Source: Planctomycetaceae bacterium
Lineage (GTDB): Bacteria > Planctomycetota > Phycisphaerae > Sedimentisphaerales > UBA12454
Length of the DNA: 64,000 nt
Assembly (NCBI GenBank): GCA_021371795.1
Contig: JAJFVK010000021.1
Span: 125,467 to 189,466 of the forward strand
Direction of reading: 5' to 3'
The notes under the pieces were generated by a model. It made no database searches. It saw only the letters and a program-made list of their open reading frames with translations, and was not told the DNA's origin. This document shows, piece by piece, positions 27,053 through 36,900 of the stretch (within the stretch, counting starts at the first letter, position 1; every line of letters begins with the position of its first letter). A program made the position numbers and the translations under genes.

Positions 27053-28435
27053 ATGGCAGAGACACAAAAATCATGGGAACATCGATTGGCAAAGGCGACA
27101 AATTCGCTGGCGGTCGATTTCGTGGAATCGCTTTCGTTCGATACCCGGCTGTATAAATATGATATCGCCGGCTCTATCGCACATGCGGAAATGCTCTGTC
27201 AGCAGAAACTCCTGACCAAAGACGAACTGAAACAAATAAAAGACGGCCTTTTCGAAATCTCGCACGAAATCGAAAGCGGCAAATTCAAATTCGATAAAAA
27301 ACTCGAAGATATTCACATGGCAATCGAAGCGGCACTTATCGCCAAGGTCGGTGACGCGGGCAGAAAACTCCACACCGGCCGAAGCAGAAACGACCAAGTC
27401 GCTACTGATATCCGCCTTTGGATGCGTGACGAAATTGAAATCGTACAGGCAAAAATCAACGCACTGCAAAAGGCGTTCGTGAAACTGGCGGAAAAATATA
27501 CAAATGATGTTATGCCGGCCTATACTCATTTTCAACGTGCGCAGCCGATTTCCATTGCGGCATATCTTTTGAGTTTTGTCGAACAGCTCAATCGCGATAA
27601 TCTCCGTTTAAAAAACTGTCGGACGATTCTGAATGTCTCGCCGTTGGGAAGCGGAGCGGTTGCGGGCTCTTCGCTGCCTTTGGACAGAAAAACAACGGCA
27701 AGCCTACTTGGTTTTTCAGATATTACATATAATACGATTGATTCGGTTTCAGACCGTGATTTTTGCGCGGAATTTGTTTTCGACTGCTGCATGATTTCAA
27801 CGCACCTGTCGAAACTGGCAGAAGACTGGATTGTTTTCTCGACAACTGAATTCGATTTTATTCATATCGACGATGCGTTTTGCACATCGTCAAGTATGAT
27901 GCCGCAGAAACGTAATCCGGATATGCTCGAACTTATGCGAGGCAAAACCGGCAGCTTATACGGTTCGCTAATGGCTATTTTGACGATTCTCAAAGCGCTG
28001 CCCAGCGGCTATAACCGCGATTTGCAGGACGATAAACGCCACGTCTTCTTCGCAAGCGATACGATTGAAGCGTGCATCGATATGGCCTGTGCGATTGTGA
28101 ACAATACGACATTCAAAACTGAAAAAATCGCAGCGGGCATTGATAAAGGTTTTCTTGATGCGACGGCACTTGCTGAATATTTAGTCAAGAAAGGCATTCC
28201 GTTCCGTACAGCGCACGGAATCGTCGGCAGCCTTGTCGCAAAATGCGAAAAAGAAAATAAAAGCCTCGGTGAAACGAGTATAGAGGACTTCAAAAAGTTT
28301 TCGGATGTTATCGGCGAAGATATTTACAAATGCCTCGGCGGTAAAAATGTAGCTAATTCTTATGCGACTGCTTCTGCTGCTTCGCCTGCACAAATGGCTG
28401 AACAAATAAATTACTGGAAGAAGCAGTTAGCTTAA
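27053..28435 (+). CDS. argH: Argininosuccinate lyase
   Basis: 460 aa. Fumarate-lyase signature GSSMMPQKRNPD. Confidence 0.9.
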   Translation: MAETQKSWEHRLAKATNSLAVDFVESLSFDTRLYKYDIAGSIAHAEMLCQQKLLTKDELKQIKDGLFEISHEIESGKFKFDKKLEDIHMAIEAALIAKVGDAGRKLHTGRSRNDQVATDIRLWMRDEIEIVQAKINALQKAFVKLAEKYTNDVMPAYTHFQRAQPISIAAYLLSFVEQLNRDNLRLKNCRTILNVSPLGSGAVAGSSLPLDRKTTASLLGFSDITYNTIDSVSDRDFCAEFVFDCCMISTHLSKLAEDWIVFSTTEFDFIHIDDAFCTSSSMMPQKRNPDMLELMRGKTGSLYGSLMAILTILKALPSGYNRDLQDDKRHVFFASDTIEACIDMACAIVNNTTFKTEKIAAGIDKGFLDATALAEYLVKKGIPFRTAHGIVGSLVAKCEKENKSLGETSIEDFKKFSDVIGEDIYKCLGGKNVANSYATASAASPAQMAEQINYWKKQLA

Positions 28436-28436
28436 T

Positions 28437-29336
28437 ATGAGTACCGGCGAAACAAAGCTTGTTCAGTATTTCATGGCTAAATGCAAATTGAGCAAAGCCA
28501 AATTCCCTATCGGTATCGGCGATGATATGGCACAGGCACGGCTGCCGAGAGGTGATTCGGTGCTTATCACGACAGATATGCTTTTAGACGGCACCCACTT
28601 CGATACAAAAAAACATACTCTCGCACAAATCGGCTATAAATCAATGGCGGTAAGTTTGAGCGATTGCGCTGCGATGGCGACGATTCCACTTGCGGCGGTT
28701 GTTTCGGTTGCGCTGCCGAGAAATTTCGGCACGACCAATTTAAAGAAACTGCACACAGGAATTTTAAAGGCCGCAAAAAAATATAACTGCCCTCTTATCG
28801 GCGGCGATATGACAAGCTGGAACAAACCACTGGCGATAAGTATTGCGATGTTGAGTACCCTCGGCAAAACAAAACCAGTCAAACGCAGCACAACAAAAAT
28901 CGGTGATTTGGTTTGCGTTACTGGTACACTTGGCGGGTCGCTGAAAGGCAGGCATTTAACTTTTGAGCCGAGACTAAAGGAATCGCTCGAAATAGCTAAA
29001 GCCGGTGCTAATGCAATGATGGACATCAGTGATGGTTTAAGCACAGACTTGAATCACATTTGCAGGTTGAGCAAAAAAGGCGCAATTGTCGATTCCGTCA
29101 AAATCCCTGTTTCCAAAGCCGCAAATGGTTTGAACGGAGCGTTAAACGACGGCGAAGATTTTGAACTACTTTTTACAATACCGGCTAAAAATTACGCAGC
29201 ACTGAAAAAACACTGGCCTTTCAAAACTAAAATTACCGCTGTCGGCAAAATCACAAAAGAAAAATCAGTGAAAATACAAATGCCTGACGGCAAAATAGTC
29301 GATTTAAAACCCGGCGGATACGACCATTTAAAATAA
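28437..29336 (+). CDS. thiL: Thiamine-monophosphate kinase
   Basis: 299 aa. AIR-synthase-related fold (IGDDMA, LITTDMLLDGTHF). Confidence 0.75.
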   Translation: MSTGETKLVQYFMAKCKLSKAKFPIGIGDDMAQARLPRGDSVLITTDMLLDGTHFDTKKHTLAQIGYKSMAVSLSDCAAMATIPLAAVVSVALPRNFGTTNLKKLHTGILKAAKKYNCPLIGGDMTSWNKPLAISIAMLSTLGKTKPVKRSTTKIGDLVCVTGTLGGSLKGRHLTFEPRLKESLEIAKAGANAMMDISDGLSTDLNHICRLSKKGAIVDSVKIPVSKAANGLNGALNDGEDFELLFTIPAKNYAALKKHWPFKTKITAVGKITKEKSVKIQMPDGKIVDLKPGGYDHLK

Positions 29337-29780
29337 ATGAACACACAAGAGATAATATCAGAATCTGTTGAACAAACTCATGAGATTGGCAGGAAAATCG
29401 GCAACGCTCTCCAGGGCGGAATGCTCGTTTGCCTGACGGGCAATCTCGGCAGTGGAAAAACCACGCTAATTAAAGGCATCGCAGCAGGAGCAGGCGCTTC
29501 CAATCGACAACACGTCAGCAGCCCTACTTTCGTAATCGTCAACGAATACCAAGGCAGGTTTCATATCTTTCACATAGACGCATATCGAATCAACACCATA
29601 CAGGAATTTGCCGCCCTTGGCTTTGAAGACTATATCGGACCTGAATCAGTGGTTCTTATAGAATGGGCGGATAAGGTTACCCAGGCTCTGGAAGGTTTCA
29701 AAAAAATACACATTGAAATGCGCCACCACTGCCCAAACAGCCGAATCCTCCGAATTACCGGACTAAACAGCAATATATAA
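29337..29780 (+). CDS. tsaE: tRNA threonylcarbamoyladenosine biosynthesis protein TsaE
   Basis: 147 aa. P-loop GNLGSGKTTLIKGI. Confidence 0.8.
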   Translation: MNTQEIISESVEQTHEIGRKIGNALQGGMLVCLTGNLGSGKTTLIKGIAAGAGASNRQHVSSPTFVIVNEYQGRFHIFHIDAYRINTIQEFAALGFEDYIGPESVVLIEWADKVTQALEGFKKIHIEMRHHCPNSRILRITGLNSNI

Positions 29781-29906
29781 AGTTGCACATACCTTACGTT
29801 TTGCTCACCATACCGCCCTTCTGGCAGATTAAGTCGCATATTTTATTTACCGATAACACTCCTGTAACAAATGCTTTATAAACTTTTTCTCCACGGAGGG
29901 AAATTA

Positions 29907-29981
29907 ATGAAATGTAATGGGGTTTCGGTTTGCAGAGCTACTGCTTGCCATAATTATTCCCAAAGTGCCTGTTTAATTTAA
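29907..29981 (+). CDS. Candidate small Cys-rich ORF (24 aa, MKCNGVSVCRATACHNYSQSACLI)
   Basis: Strong SD GGAGGG 6-7 nt upstream of the ATG. Ends 17 nt before the start of the receiver-domain gene. Not in the ORF track because it is under 60 aa. Confidence 0.25.
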   Translation: MKCNGVSVCRATACHNYSQSACLI

Positions 29982-29998
29982 AAAAACAGAAAGACTTT

Positions 29999-30382
29999 AT
30001 GGAAACAAAAAAAATATTAGTGGCTTCCGACGAAAGCAGCGTAGTGCAGATAATTTCCGCAAAGCTGCGCAATAACGGCTTCGAGGTTGTAACCGCAAAC
30101 AATGGCGACGAAGCGTTTATCCTGTGCTGTCAGCAAAAGCCGGAGTTTGTAATCGCAGACTATCAACTGCCGAATATCAGCGGCGTTGAACTTGCCGAAG
30201 ACATCCGTAAAAAAAGCGGACTGACCGACATCTCGTTCATTCTGCTGACCACAAAAGAAACTGAACTGGATGAAAAGCAAATGGAAAAAGCGGGAATCAC
30301 CTGCTGTTTGAGCAAGCCTTTCAGTCCAAAAGAAATATTAAACCGAATTGAAAATATTTTAGCCAGCGCAACAACTAAATGA
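29999..30382 (+). CDS. Single-domain response regulator (CheY-like receiver)
   Basis: 127 aa. Conserved acidic pocket, phospho-acceptor Asp in VIADYQLP, Thr in LLTT and Lys in LSKPF. Confidence 0.75.
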   Translation: METKKILVASDESSVVQIISAKLRNNGFEVVTANNGDEAFILCCQQKPEFVIADYQLPNISGVELAEDIRKKSGLTDISFILLTTKETELDEKQMEKAGITCCLSKPFSPKEILNRIENILASATTK

Positions 30383-30394
30383 CGGACTAAACCA

Positions 30395-31975
30395 ATGCTG
30401 AACACAACGCAAAACAGATTGACTTCAGGCCAATTGAGAATACTCAAGGAATTCGCCAAAGAAATGGTGGATACAGGCCTTAACTTCTTCGTTTACGACA
30501 CTGGACTTAACACCATCGTCAATCACAGCGGCGAAAAATTTATCAGCGATTACGAAGGTCTGGCGGCATTCGCCCAAAAAATATTCGACTCGCAAACCGG
30601 CTCCATACACGAACTTGGCCCCGGCGGCAGATTTATCGGCTGCTGTCTGATTGCGGACGGAACAATTGTCGCGATAACCATTATTGACTGCGGGCCGAAC
30701 TGCACTTTTACGGCGATGGCCAAACAAACGCTGCGAATCTTTATCAAAAGCTTTCAAAGCGAACTGAAAAACACACAGCAAATCGAACTCATCAGCGGTG
30801 AACTGGCACAAACGTATGAAGAACTTATGCTGCTTTACAAGATAAGTACAAATATGCGCGTCAGCCAGACTGACTCGAATTTCCTCCAGATTGCGTGCGA
30901 TAATCTGATTGAACTGGTGCGAGTCGAAGGAATCGCGATATTCCTTGAAAAGAAAATCAACGACACAAAAAAACTCGTTCTCTCGGCCGGCACCGGTTTG
31001 CTGGCGATAGATTATAAAAGTGAAAATGATACGGAAGTACTTTTCGAAAGACTGCTGGATGTAATGGCCGCCGGCTCCGACGCGCTGATAGACAGCGAAA
31101 TAAGCGGCATGTTTAAATACGAATGGCACGGCAGAGTGCGAAACATACTCGCGGTTCCGCTAAGCAATAACAGCAAAATCAGCGGCATAATGGTCGCGAC
31201 AAACCTTTTGGACAGAAACGACTTCGACAAAAACGACATCAGACTGTTTAACGCTGTTGCGACAGAGTGCGCAGTATTTATCGGCAACCATAATTTATTC
31301 AAAGACCTTAAAGCACTGTTGATAGGCGCCTTAAAATCGCTCGTCAACAGCATCGACGCAAAAGACCAGTACACACGAGGCCATTCAGACAGAGTCGCTG
31401 TCATCGCAAAGTGGCTGGCCGAACAATACGCAAAAGCAAAAGGTATGCCGCCGGAAGAAATACAAAAAATTTATCTTTCCGGCCTGCTGCACGATATCGG
31501 CAAAATCGGAATAGCAGAATCCGTCTTGAAAAAACCCGGCAAACTGACGGAAGCGGAATACGAAGAGATGAAAAAACATCCGGCAATCGGCGCAGGCATA
31601 ATTTCTGAAATTCACCAGATGGAGGATATCGTGCCGGGCATTTTGCACCACCACGAAAGGTTCGACGGCAAAGGTTATCCGAAAGGTCTGGCCGGCAACA
31701 ACATTCCGCTTGCGGGGAAAATTGTAATGATTGCCGATTCGTTCGACGCTATGACTTCGCACAGAACGTATCGCAAAGCGCTGTCGCTGGAAGAAGCGAT
31801 TGTCGAAATCGAAAAAAATCTCGGAAAACAATTCGACCCGGTAGTCGGCGGAATTTTCCTCAAGAGCAATCTGAACAAACTCTGGGAAATCCTGCAAACA
31901 GGCCAAAACGGCGACATATATGCCGACAATATTAAAGATTACGGAACATTCGCCATCGGCGCTCTTTTAAGTTAA
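30395..31975 (+). CDS. GAF-domain HD-GYP phosphodiesterase (cyclic-di-GMP signalling)
   Basis: 526 aa. HD-GYP signature HSDRV...LHDIGKIGI...HHERFDGKGYP. Confidence 0.75.
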   Translation: MLNTTQNRLTSGQLRILKEFAKEMVDTGLNFFVYDTGLNTIVNHSGEKFISDYEGLAAFAQKIFDSQTGSIHELGPGGRFIGCCLIADGTIVAITIIDCGPNCTFTAMAKQTLRIFIKSFQSELKNTQQIELISGELAQTYEELMLLYKISTNMRVSQTDSNFLQIACDNLIELVRVEGIAIFLEKKINDTKKLVLSAGTGLLAIDYKSENDTEVLFERLLDVMAAGSDALIDSEISGMFKYEWHGRVRNILAVPLSNNSKISGIMVATNLLDRNDFDKNDIRLFNAVATECAVFIGNHNLFKDLKALLIGALKSLVNSIDAKDQYTRGHSDRVAVIAKWLAEQYAKAKGMPPEEIQKIYLSGLLHDIGKIGIAESVLKKPGKLTEAEYEEMKKHPAIGAGIISEIHQMEDIVPGILHHHERFDGKGYPKGLAGNNIPLAGKIVMIADSFDAMTSHRTYRKALSLEEAIVEIEKNLGKQFDPVVGGIFLKSNLNKLWEILQTGQNGDIYADNIKDYGTFAIGALLS

Positions 31976-32125
31976 AAACTTAAAGTGAAAAACTAAAAAC
32001 TTATGATTTGGCATGACGGCCAAGACTGCATTAACACATAAATTCTTGCAAAACAAGCAGTTACGCAAAACACCCCAATATCGCCCCAAACCAATATCAA
32101 CTCCAATTATCTTCAATTAAAAAGA

Positions 32126-32153
32126 TTGCATAAATTCTTTAAATAACTATAAT
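32126..32153 (+). promoter_or_regulatory. Candidate sigma70-type promoter for rpsO: TTGCAT-N16-TATAAT
   Basis: TTGCAT at 32126-32131 and TATAAT at 32148-32153, about 60 nt upstream of the rpsO ATG. Confidence 0.45.
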
Positions 32154-32215
32154 TGTGCAATTCAAAAGATTCGGAAATTGATGTAAATGAAACAGTTAAG
32201 AAAGGTAAATATTAG

Positions 32216-32482
32216 ATGTTGACGAAGGAAAAAAAAGGAAAAGTTGTAACCGAATTCAGAACTTCCGAAAAAGACACTGGTTCAGCGGAAGTCCAGATAG
32301 CAATTCTTACTACAAGAATTAATGAGCTTACAGATCATTTCAAAAGTCATCCAAAAGACCACGCTTCACGCAGAGGTCTGTTGAAAATGGTCGGCAACAG
32401 GTCGGCACTGCTCAAGTATATCAGCAGAAAAGACATCAAGCGGTACAAAGAAGTAATCGGCCGACTTGGATTGCGTAAATAA
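32216..32482 (+). CDS. rpsO: 30S ribosomal protein S15
   Basis: 88 aa. Canonical S15 ([15 protein letters not shown]-like helix). Confidence 0.9.
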   Translation: MLTKEKKGKVVTEFRTSEKDTGSAEVQIAILTTRINELTDHFKSHPKDHASRRGLLKMVGNRSALLKYISRKDIKRYKEVIGRLGLRK

Positions 32483-32506
32483 GTTTCAGTATCTCCCAAA
32501 GCGCAG

Positions 32507-32529
32507 AGAAAATCTCGTGTTGCGCTTTG
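32507..32529 (+). promoter_or_regulatory. Stem-loop in the rpsO-pnp intergenic region (rpsO terminator / pnp leader structure)
   Basis: caaagcgca-gagaaaatctcgtgt-tgcgctttg, followed by a T-rich tract. Analogous to the RNase III-processed pnp leader hairpin of enterobacteria. Confidence 0.5.
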
Positions 32530-32578
32530 CTATTTGTTAACATACGAGATACACAAAGAAGATTGAGGTAATAATATT

Positions 32579-34708
32579 ATGGCAGAAGTAATTAGAGTAG
32601 AAAAGAAAATCGGCGAAAGTAATTTAATTTTAGAAACAGGCAAAATCGGCAGACAGGCAGACGCGACAGTAATAGTAAGTTACGGCGACACCGTGGTGTT
32701 GGCAGCGGTAGTATCAGCACCGCCGCGGTCGGAAGAAATCGACTATTTCCCATTGAGTGTAGAATATAGAGAAAGATTAAGCGCAGCCGGCAAATTCCCC
32801 GGCGGCTTTATGAAAAGAGAAGGAAGACCGACCACAAAAGAAGTTCTCACATCAAGATTAATCGATAGACCAATTCGTCCGCTTTTCCCGGACGGATATT
32901 TTGACGAAGTACAAATCACAGTAAACGCAATCAGCGCAGACCAGGATAATGACCCTGATGTGTTAGCGATGATTGGCGCAAGCGCTGCCCTTTCAATAAG
33001 CAGCATACCTTTCCAGGGGCCAATCGGCGCTGTTCGCTTGAGCAGAGTTGAAGGTAATTTCGTTATTAACCCCACTTATCCGCAGAGAGAAAAATGCGAT
33101 TTCAACCTTATGCTCGCAGGCAGACGCGACGCGATAAATATGATTGAAGTTGACGCAAAACAACTGCCAGAAAGCGTTGTTGCCGATGGTATCGCAACCG
33201 CTCACAAGGCGATTATCGAAGTTTGCGATTTGATTGACGAATTCGTAGCAAAATGCGGCAAGCAGAAACAGGTTCCTGAAATTAAATGGGATCAGCAGCT
33301 TGCCGATGAAATAAAGGAAAAATATTCAGCACAGTTCAAAGAGGCTTTCGCAATCATCTCTAAAAAGCAGAGAAACGAAACGCTTAAAGCAATTGTTACC
33401 GGCATAAAAGAATTATACTGCACGGAGCAGGACGGCAAAGAAGCAAAATGCACAAAGGTTCTGATGGGCAGAATAATTGACGGCATACAGAGCACAATCG
33501 TGCGAAATATGATTTTGCAGGGCAAACGTCCTGACGGCAGAACATTGACAGACATCAGGCCGATAAGCTGCGAAGTTGGAATCCTGCCACGCTCACACGG
33601 CTCGGCACTTTTCACACGCGGCGAAACACAGGCTCTTGTCGCCGTTACACTGGGCACAAGCAGCGATGAGCAAATCGTTGACGGACTGCTTGAAGAATAC
33701 GGCCAGAAATTTATGCTGCACTACAACTTCCCGCCATATTCTGTCGGCGAAGTAAAACCGATGCGAGGACCGGGCAGACGTGAAATAGGCCACGGAGCAT
33801 TGGCTGAAAAGGCATTAGAGCGAGTCAGACCTGACATCGACGCATTTCCATATACAATTAAAATAGTTTCGGATATTACCGAATCGAACGGTTCAAGCTC
33901 GATGGCTTCAGTTTGCGGCGGTATGCTGGCTCTTATGGACGCAGGCGTTCCGATTGTCGACCCTGTCGCCGGCATCTCTGTCGGCCTTGTGCAGGAGCAG
34001 GATAAATATGTTCTGCTGACAGACATCATTGGCGATGAAGACCATTTCGGCGATATGGATTTCAAAGTCGCTGGCACAAAAAATGGCATCACTGCGATTC
34101 AGCTTGATATTAAATCAAAATCAATATCGCATAATATCGTTGTTGAAACACTCGAACGAGCCAGAGAAGCTCGTATGAAAATTATTGATATTATGACACA
34201 GACAATCGCCACACCAAGACCGCAGTTAAGCCAATACGCACCGAAACTGACAAGCATAGATATCGACCCCGAACTTATCGGCAAAATCATTGGCCCGGGC
34301 GGCAAGACGATTAAAGCTCTGCAGGAAAAGACCGGCACGAAGATTGAAATCGAAGAAAACGGCACTGTTTATATTAGCTGCGTAGGCGGCGAAGGCCACA
34401 TGGAGGCACGTCAAATTATTCAGGATATGACTGAACCGCCGACAGTCGGGAAAATTTATCCGAAATCGAAGATTGTTTCCATTAAGGATTTTGGCGCATT
34501 CGTCGAAATACTGCCGGGCGTTGAAGGATTGTGCCACATCAGCGAACTTGCGGATGGATTTGTTAAGAACGTAGACGCGGTATGCAAGATGGGCGATATA
34601 ATTCCTGTCAAACTGCTGTCAATTGACGACCAGGGCAGATTTAAACTTTCAAGAAAAGCTGCTCTTGCTCAAATGAAGGCTGAAGGCGAATCACAGCCAC
34701 AAGCATAA
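32579..34708 (+). CDS. pnp: Polyribonucleotide nucleotidyltransferase (PNPase)
   Basis: 709 aa. Two RNase PH domains, a KH domain (GPGGKTIKAL) and an S1 domain. Confidence 0.9.
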   Translation: MAEVIRVEKKIGESNLILETGKIGRQADATVIVSYGDTVVLAAVVSAPPRSEEIDYFPLSVEYRERLSAAGKFPGGFMKREGRPTTKEVLTSRLIDRPIRPLFPDGYFDEVQITVNAISADQDNDPDVLAMIGASAALSISSIPFQGPIGAVRLSRVEGNFVINPTYPQREKCDFNLMLAGRRDAINMIEVDAKQLPESVVADGIATAHKAIIEVCDLIDEFVAKCGKQKQVPEIKWDQQLADEIKEKYSAQFKEAFAIISKKQRNETLKAIVTGIKELYCTEQDGKEAKCTKVLMGRIIDGIQSTIVRNMILQGKRPDGRTLTDIRPISCEVGILPRSHGSALFTRGETQALVAVTLGTSSDEQIVDGLLEEYGQKFMLHYNFPPYSVGEVKPMRGPGRREIGHGALAEKALERVRPDIDAFPYTIKIVSDITESNGSSSMASVCGGMLALMDAGVPIVDPVAGISVGLVQEQDKYVLLTDIIGDEDHFGDMDFKVAGTKNGITAIQLDIKSKSISHNIVVETLERAREARMKIIDIMTQTIATPRPQLSQYAPKLTSIDIDPELIGKIIGPGGKTIKALQEKTGTKIEIEENGTVYISCVGGEGHMEARQIIQDMTEPPTVGKIYPKSKIVSIKDFGAFVEILPGVEGLCHISELADGFVKNVDAVCKMGDIIPVKLLSIDDQGRFKLSRKAALAQMKAEGESQPQA

Positions 34709-34716
34709 GTTAATTA

Positions 34717-34790
34717 AAATCCGAAATTCGAAAGTCGGAATTCGAAATTAATTTCGGATTTCTAAATTCGTTTTTCGGATTTTTTATTTC
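34717..34790 (+). terminator. pnp terminator region: 12-bp perfect inverted repeat plus a T-run
   Basis: aaatccgaaatt (34717-34728) pairs with aatttcggattt (34750-34761). A second small hairpin follows, with T-run cggattttttat. Confidence 0.5.
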
Positions 34791-34796
34791 TATATA

Positions 34797-35516
34797 ATGA
34801 TGCGGCAAAAACCTCAAAAAACAGAAGCGCGGAAGATTTCGGAGCTTGAGGAGCTAAGCAGGCTTACGGGCGGTCTTGCTCACGAGATGAAGAATCCGCT
34901 CTCGATAGTAAAAGTCAATCTCAAGCTCATCAGCGAAGACCTTGCCGCGTCGAAAGACCAAAACACAGTTCGTGCGGCAAAAAAAATCGCCGTCGTGCAG
35001 AAGGAAACCGACCGGCTGGAGCAGATTCTCGAAGATTTTCTGCGTTACATCCGCAAAACTGAACTGCACCCTGCTTCGGTCGATATCAACAAGCTTGTGA
35101 GCGATATGATTGATTTTTATTCGCCGCAGGCGACCAGCAGGTCGATTACGATTCGACAGGCAATGTGCGGCGAGCCTTTAATTTGTTTTGTCGACAGCAA
35201 TTCGCTCAAGCAGGTGCTTTTGAATCTGTTCATCAACGCGCAGCAGGCAATGCCCGGCGGAGAACTGATAGTTACAACACAAAAAATGAACAATGATGCT
35301 GTAATTACCGTAACTGATACCGGCAAAGGAATCGAGCCGGAAAATCTTGAAAAAATCTTCGACGCGTATTATTCTACCAAAGTCGGCGGAAGCGGACTTG
35401 GCCTGCCGACCTCGAAAAAAATTATCGAAGCGCACAAAGGCTCAATAAAGGTTGACAGTATCATCGGCAAAGGAACATCGTTTACAATCCTTCTGCCGCT
35501 GGAAAGCAAATACTAA
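34797..35516 (+). CDS. Cytoplasmic histidine kinase (HisKA plus HATPase_c, no TM)
   Basis: 239 aa. H-box LAHEMKNPL, N-box LNLFINAQQA, G-boxes DTGKGI and GSGLGL. Confidence 0.75.
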   Translation: MMRQKPQKTEARKISELEELSRLTGGLAHEMKNPLSIVKVNLKLISEDLAASKDQNTVRAAKKIAVVQKETDRLEQILEDFLRYIRKTELHPASVDINKLVSDMIDFYSPQATSRSITIRQAMCGEPLICFVDSNSLKQVLLNLFINAQQAMPGGELIVTTQKMNNDAVITVTDTGKGIEPENLEKIFDAYYSTKVGGSGLGLPTSKKIIEAHKGSIKVDSIIGKGTSFTILLPLESKY

Positions 35517-35526
35517 ATACTAAGTA

Positions 35527-36882
35527 ATGTCTGAAAAACCGATAATTTTGATAGTTGACGATGAAGCAGGACACGCTGACGTGTTGGCAGAGGCTCTTGC
35601 GCAAAGCGGCGGAGAAACTATCGCAATTTACGACGCGAAAAACGCTGTAGAACTGTTGAGCACCCGTCACATCGACATCGTGATTACAGATTTGAATCTG
35701 CACAACGACAAAATCAACGGCGTGGATATTTTAAAAACCGCCAAAGAACAAAATCCCGGCAGCGATGTTTTTCTTATTACAGCCTATGCAACGATTGAGA
35801 CATGCAAAGAAGCGATGAAAAGCGGAGCGTCGGATTATCTTGTCAAGCCGATTGATATCGATCAACTCCGCGCGATGGTCGAAAAAACATTAAAAAAATT
35901 CCTCGCAACCGGCCCTGCCGCCAAAAACAAAGACGGTTTTGTTTTCGACGGCGTAATGGGACAAAGTCCGTCGGTACAGTCGGTGTTTTCAGTTCTTAAA
36001 CGAGTTGCGCCGACAAATATCACCGTCTTAATCGAAGGCGAATCCGGCACAGGCAAAGAATTACTCGCCCAGGCGATACACAACAATTCGCTGCGAAAAA
36101 ACAACGCATTTAAACCAATCAACTGCGCAGGCCTGACCGAATCGCTGCTGGAAAGCGAACTGTTCGGCCACGCAAAAGGCGCTTTTACCGGCGCAACAGA
36201 GGCTCGCAAGGGATTGTTCGAGGTCGCAGATAAAGGCACGCTGTTTCTCGATGAAATCGGAGATATGCCTTTGACGATGCAGGCGAAACTACTTCGTGTT
36301 CTCGAAGACGGCATTATCGTGCCGGTCGGCTCGAACAAATCCACTACCGTTGATGTCCGCGTTATAAGCGCGACAAACCACGATTTGGCGAACCTCGTAG
36401 AAAAGGAAAAATTCAGGCAGGACCTTTATTTCAGAATCAAAGGTGTCAGCGTTACAGTGCCCGCCCTTCGCGACAGAACACAGGACATCGCAAAACTGGC
36501 GGATTATTTTCTGCAAAAAGCGGCACAGGAACTGGGAACGCCTAAAAAAAACATTTCAGATAACGCACTCAATATTCTCAAGGCATACAACTGGCCGGGG
36601 AATATTCGTCAGCTTCGCAACTGCATACGCACAATGGCGGTAATGAGCGACAGCGAAAAATTAGAAGTAAAAGACATCCCCGTCGAGATTCATCAGGTTC
36701 GCCAGCTTTCCGGACAGGTATCCGCCCCGCTTGGAGGCGTTTCATTGAACGACATCGAACGCAAGGCTATTATCGATACACTCGCAAAAGTCGGCAACAA
36801 CCGTGAAAAGGCGGCCAAACTGCTCGGCATCGGAGAACGCACACTCTATCGCAAACTCAAAGAATACAACATCGAGATTTAA
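35527..36882 (+). CDS. Sigma-54-dependent response regulator (NtrC family: receiver + AAA+ + Fis-type HTH)
   Basis: 451 aa. Walker A GESGTGKE, GAFTGA motif, and a C-terminal HTH. Confidence 0.85.
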   Translation: MSEKPIILIVDDEAGHADVLAEALAQSGGETIAIYDAKNAVELLSTRHIDIVITDLNLHNDKINGVDILKTAKEQNPGSDVFLITAYATIETCKEAMKSGASDYLVKPIDIDQLRAMVEKTLKKFLATGPAAKNKDGFVFDGVMGQSPSVQSVFSVLKRVAPTNITVLIEGESGTGKELLAQAIHNNSLRKNNAFKPINCAGLTESLLESELFGHAKGAFTGATEARKGLFEVADKGTLFLDEIGDMPLTMQAKLLRVLEDGIIVPVGSNKSTTVDVRVISATNHDLANLVEKEKFRQDLYFRIKGVSVTVPALRDRTQDIAKLADYFLQKAAQELGTPKKNISDNALNILKAYNWPGNIRQLRNCIRTMAVMSDSEKLEVKDIPVEIHQVRQLSGQVSAPLGGVSLNDIERKAIIDTLAKVGNNREKAAKLLGIGERTLYRKLKEYNIEI

Positions 36883-36900
36883 AATTTAATATTTAAAATC

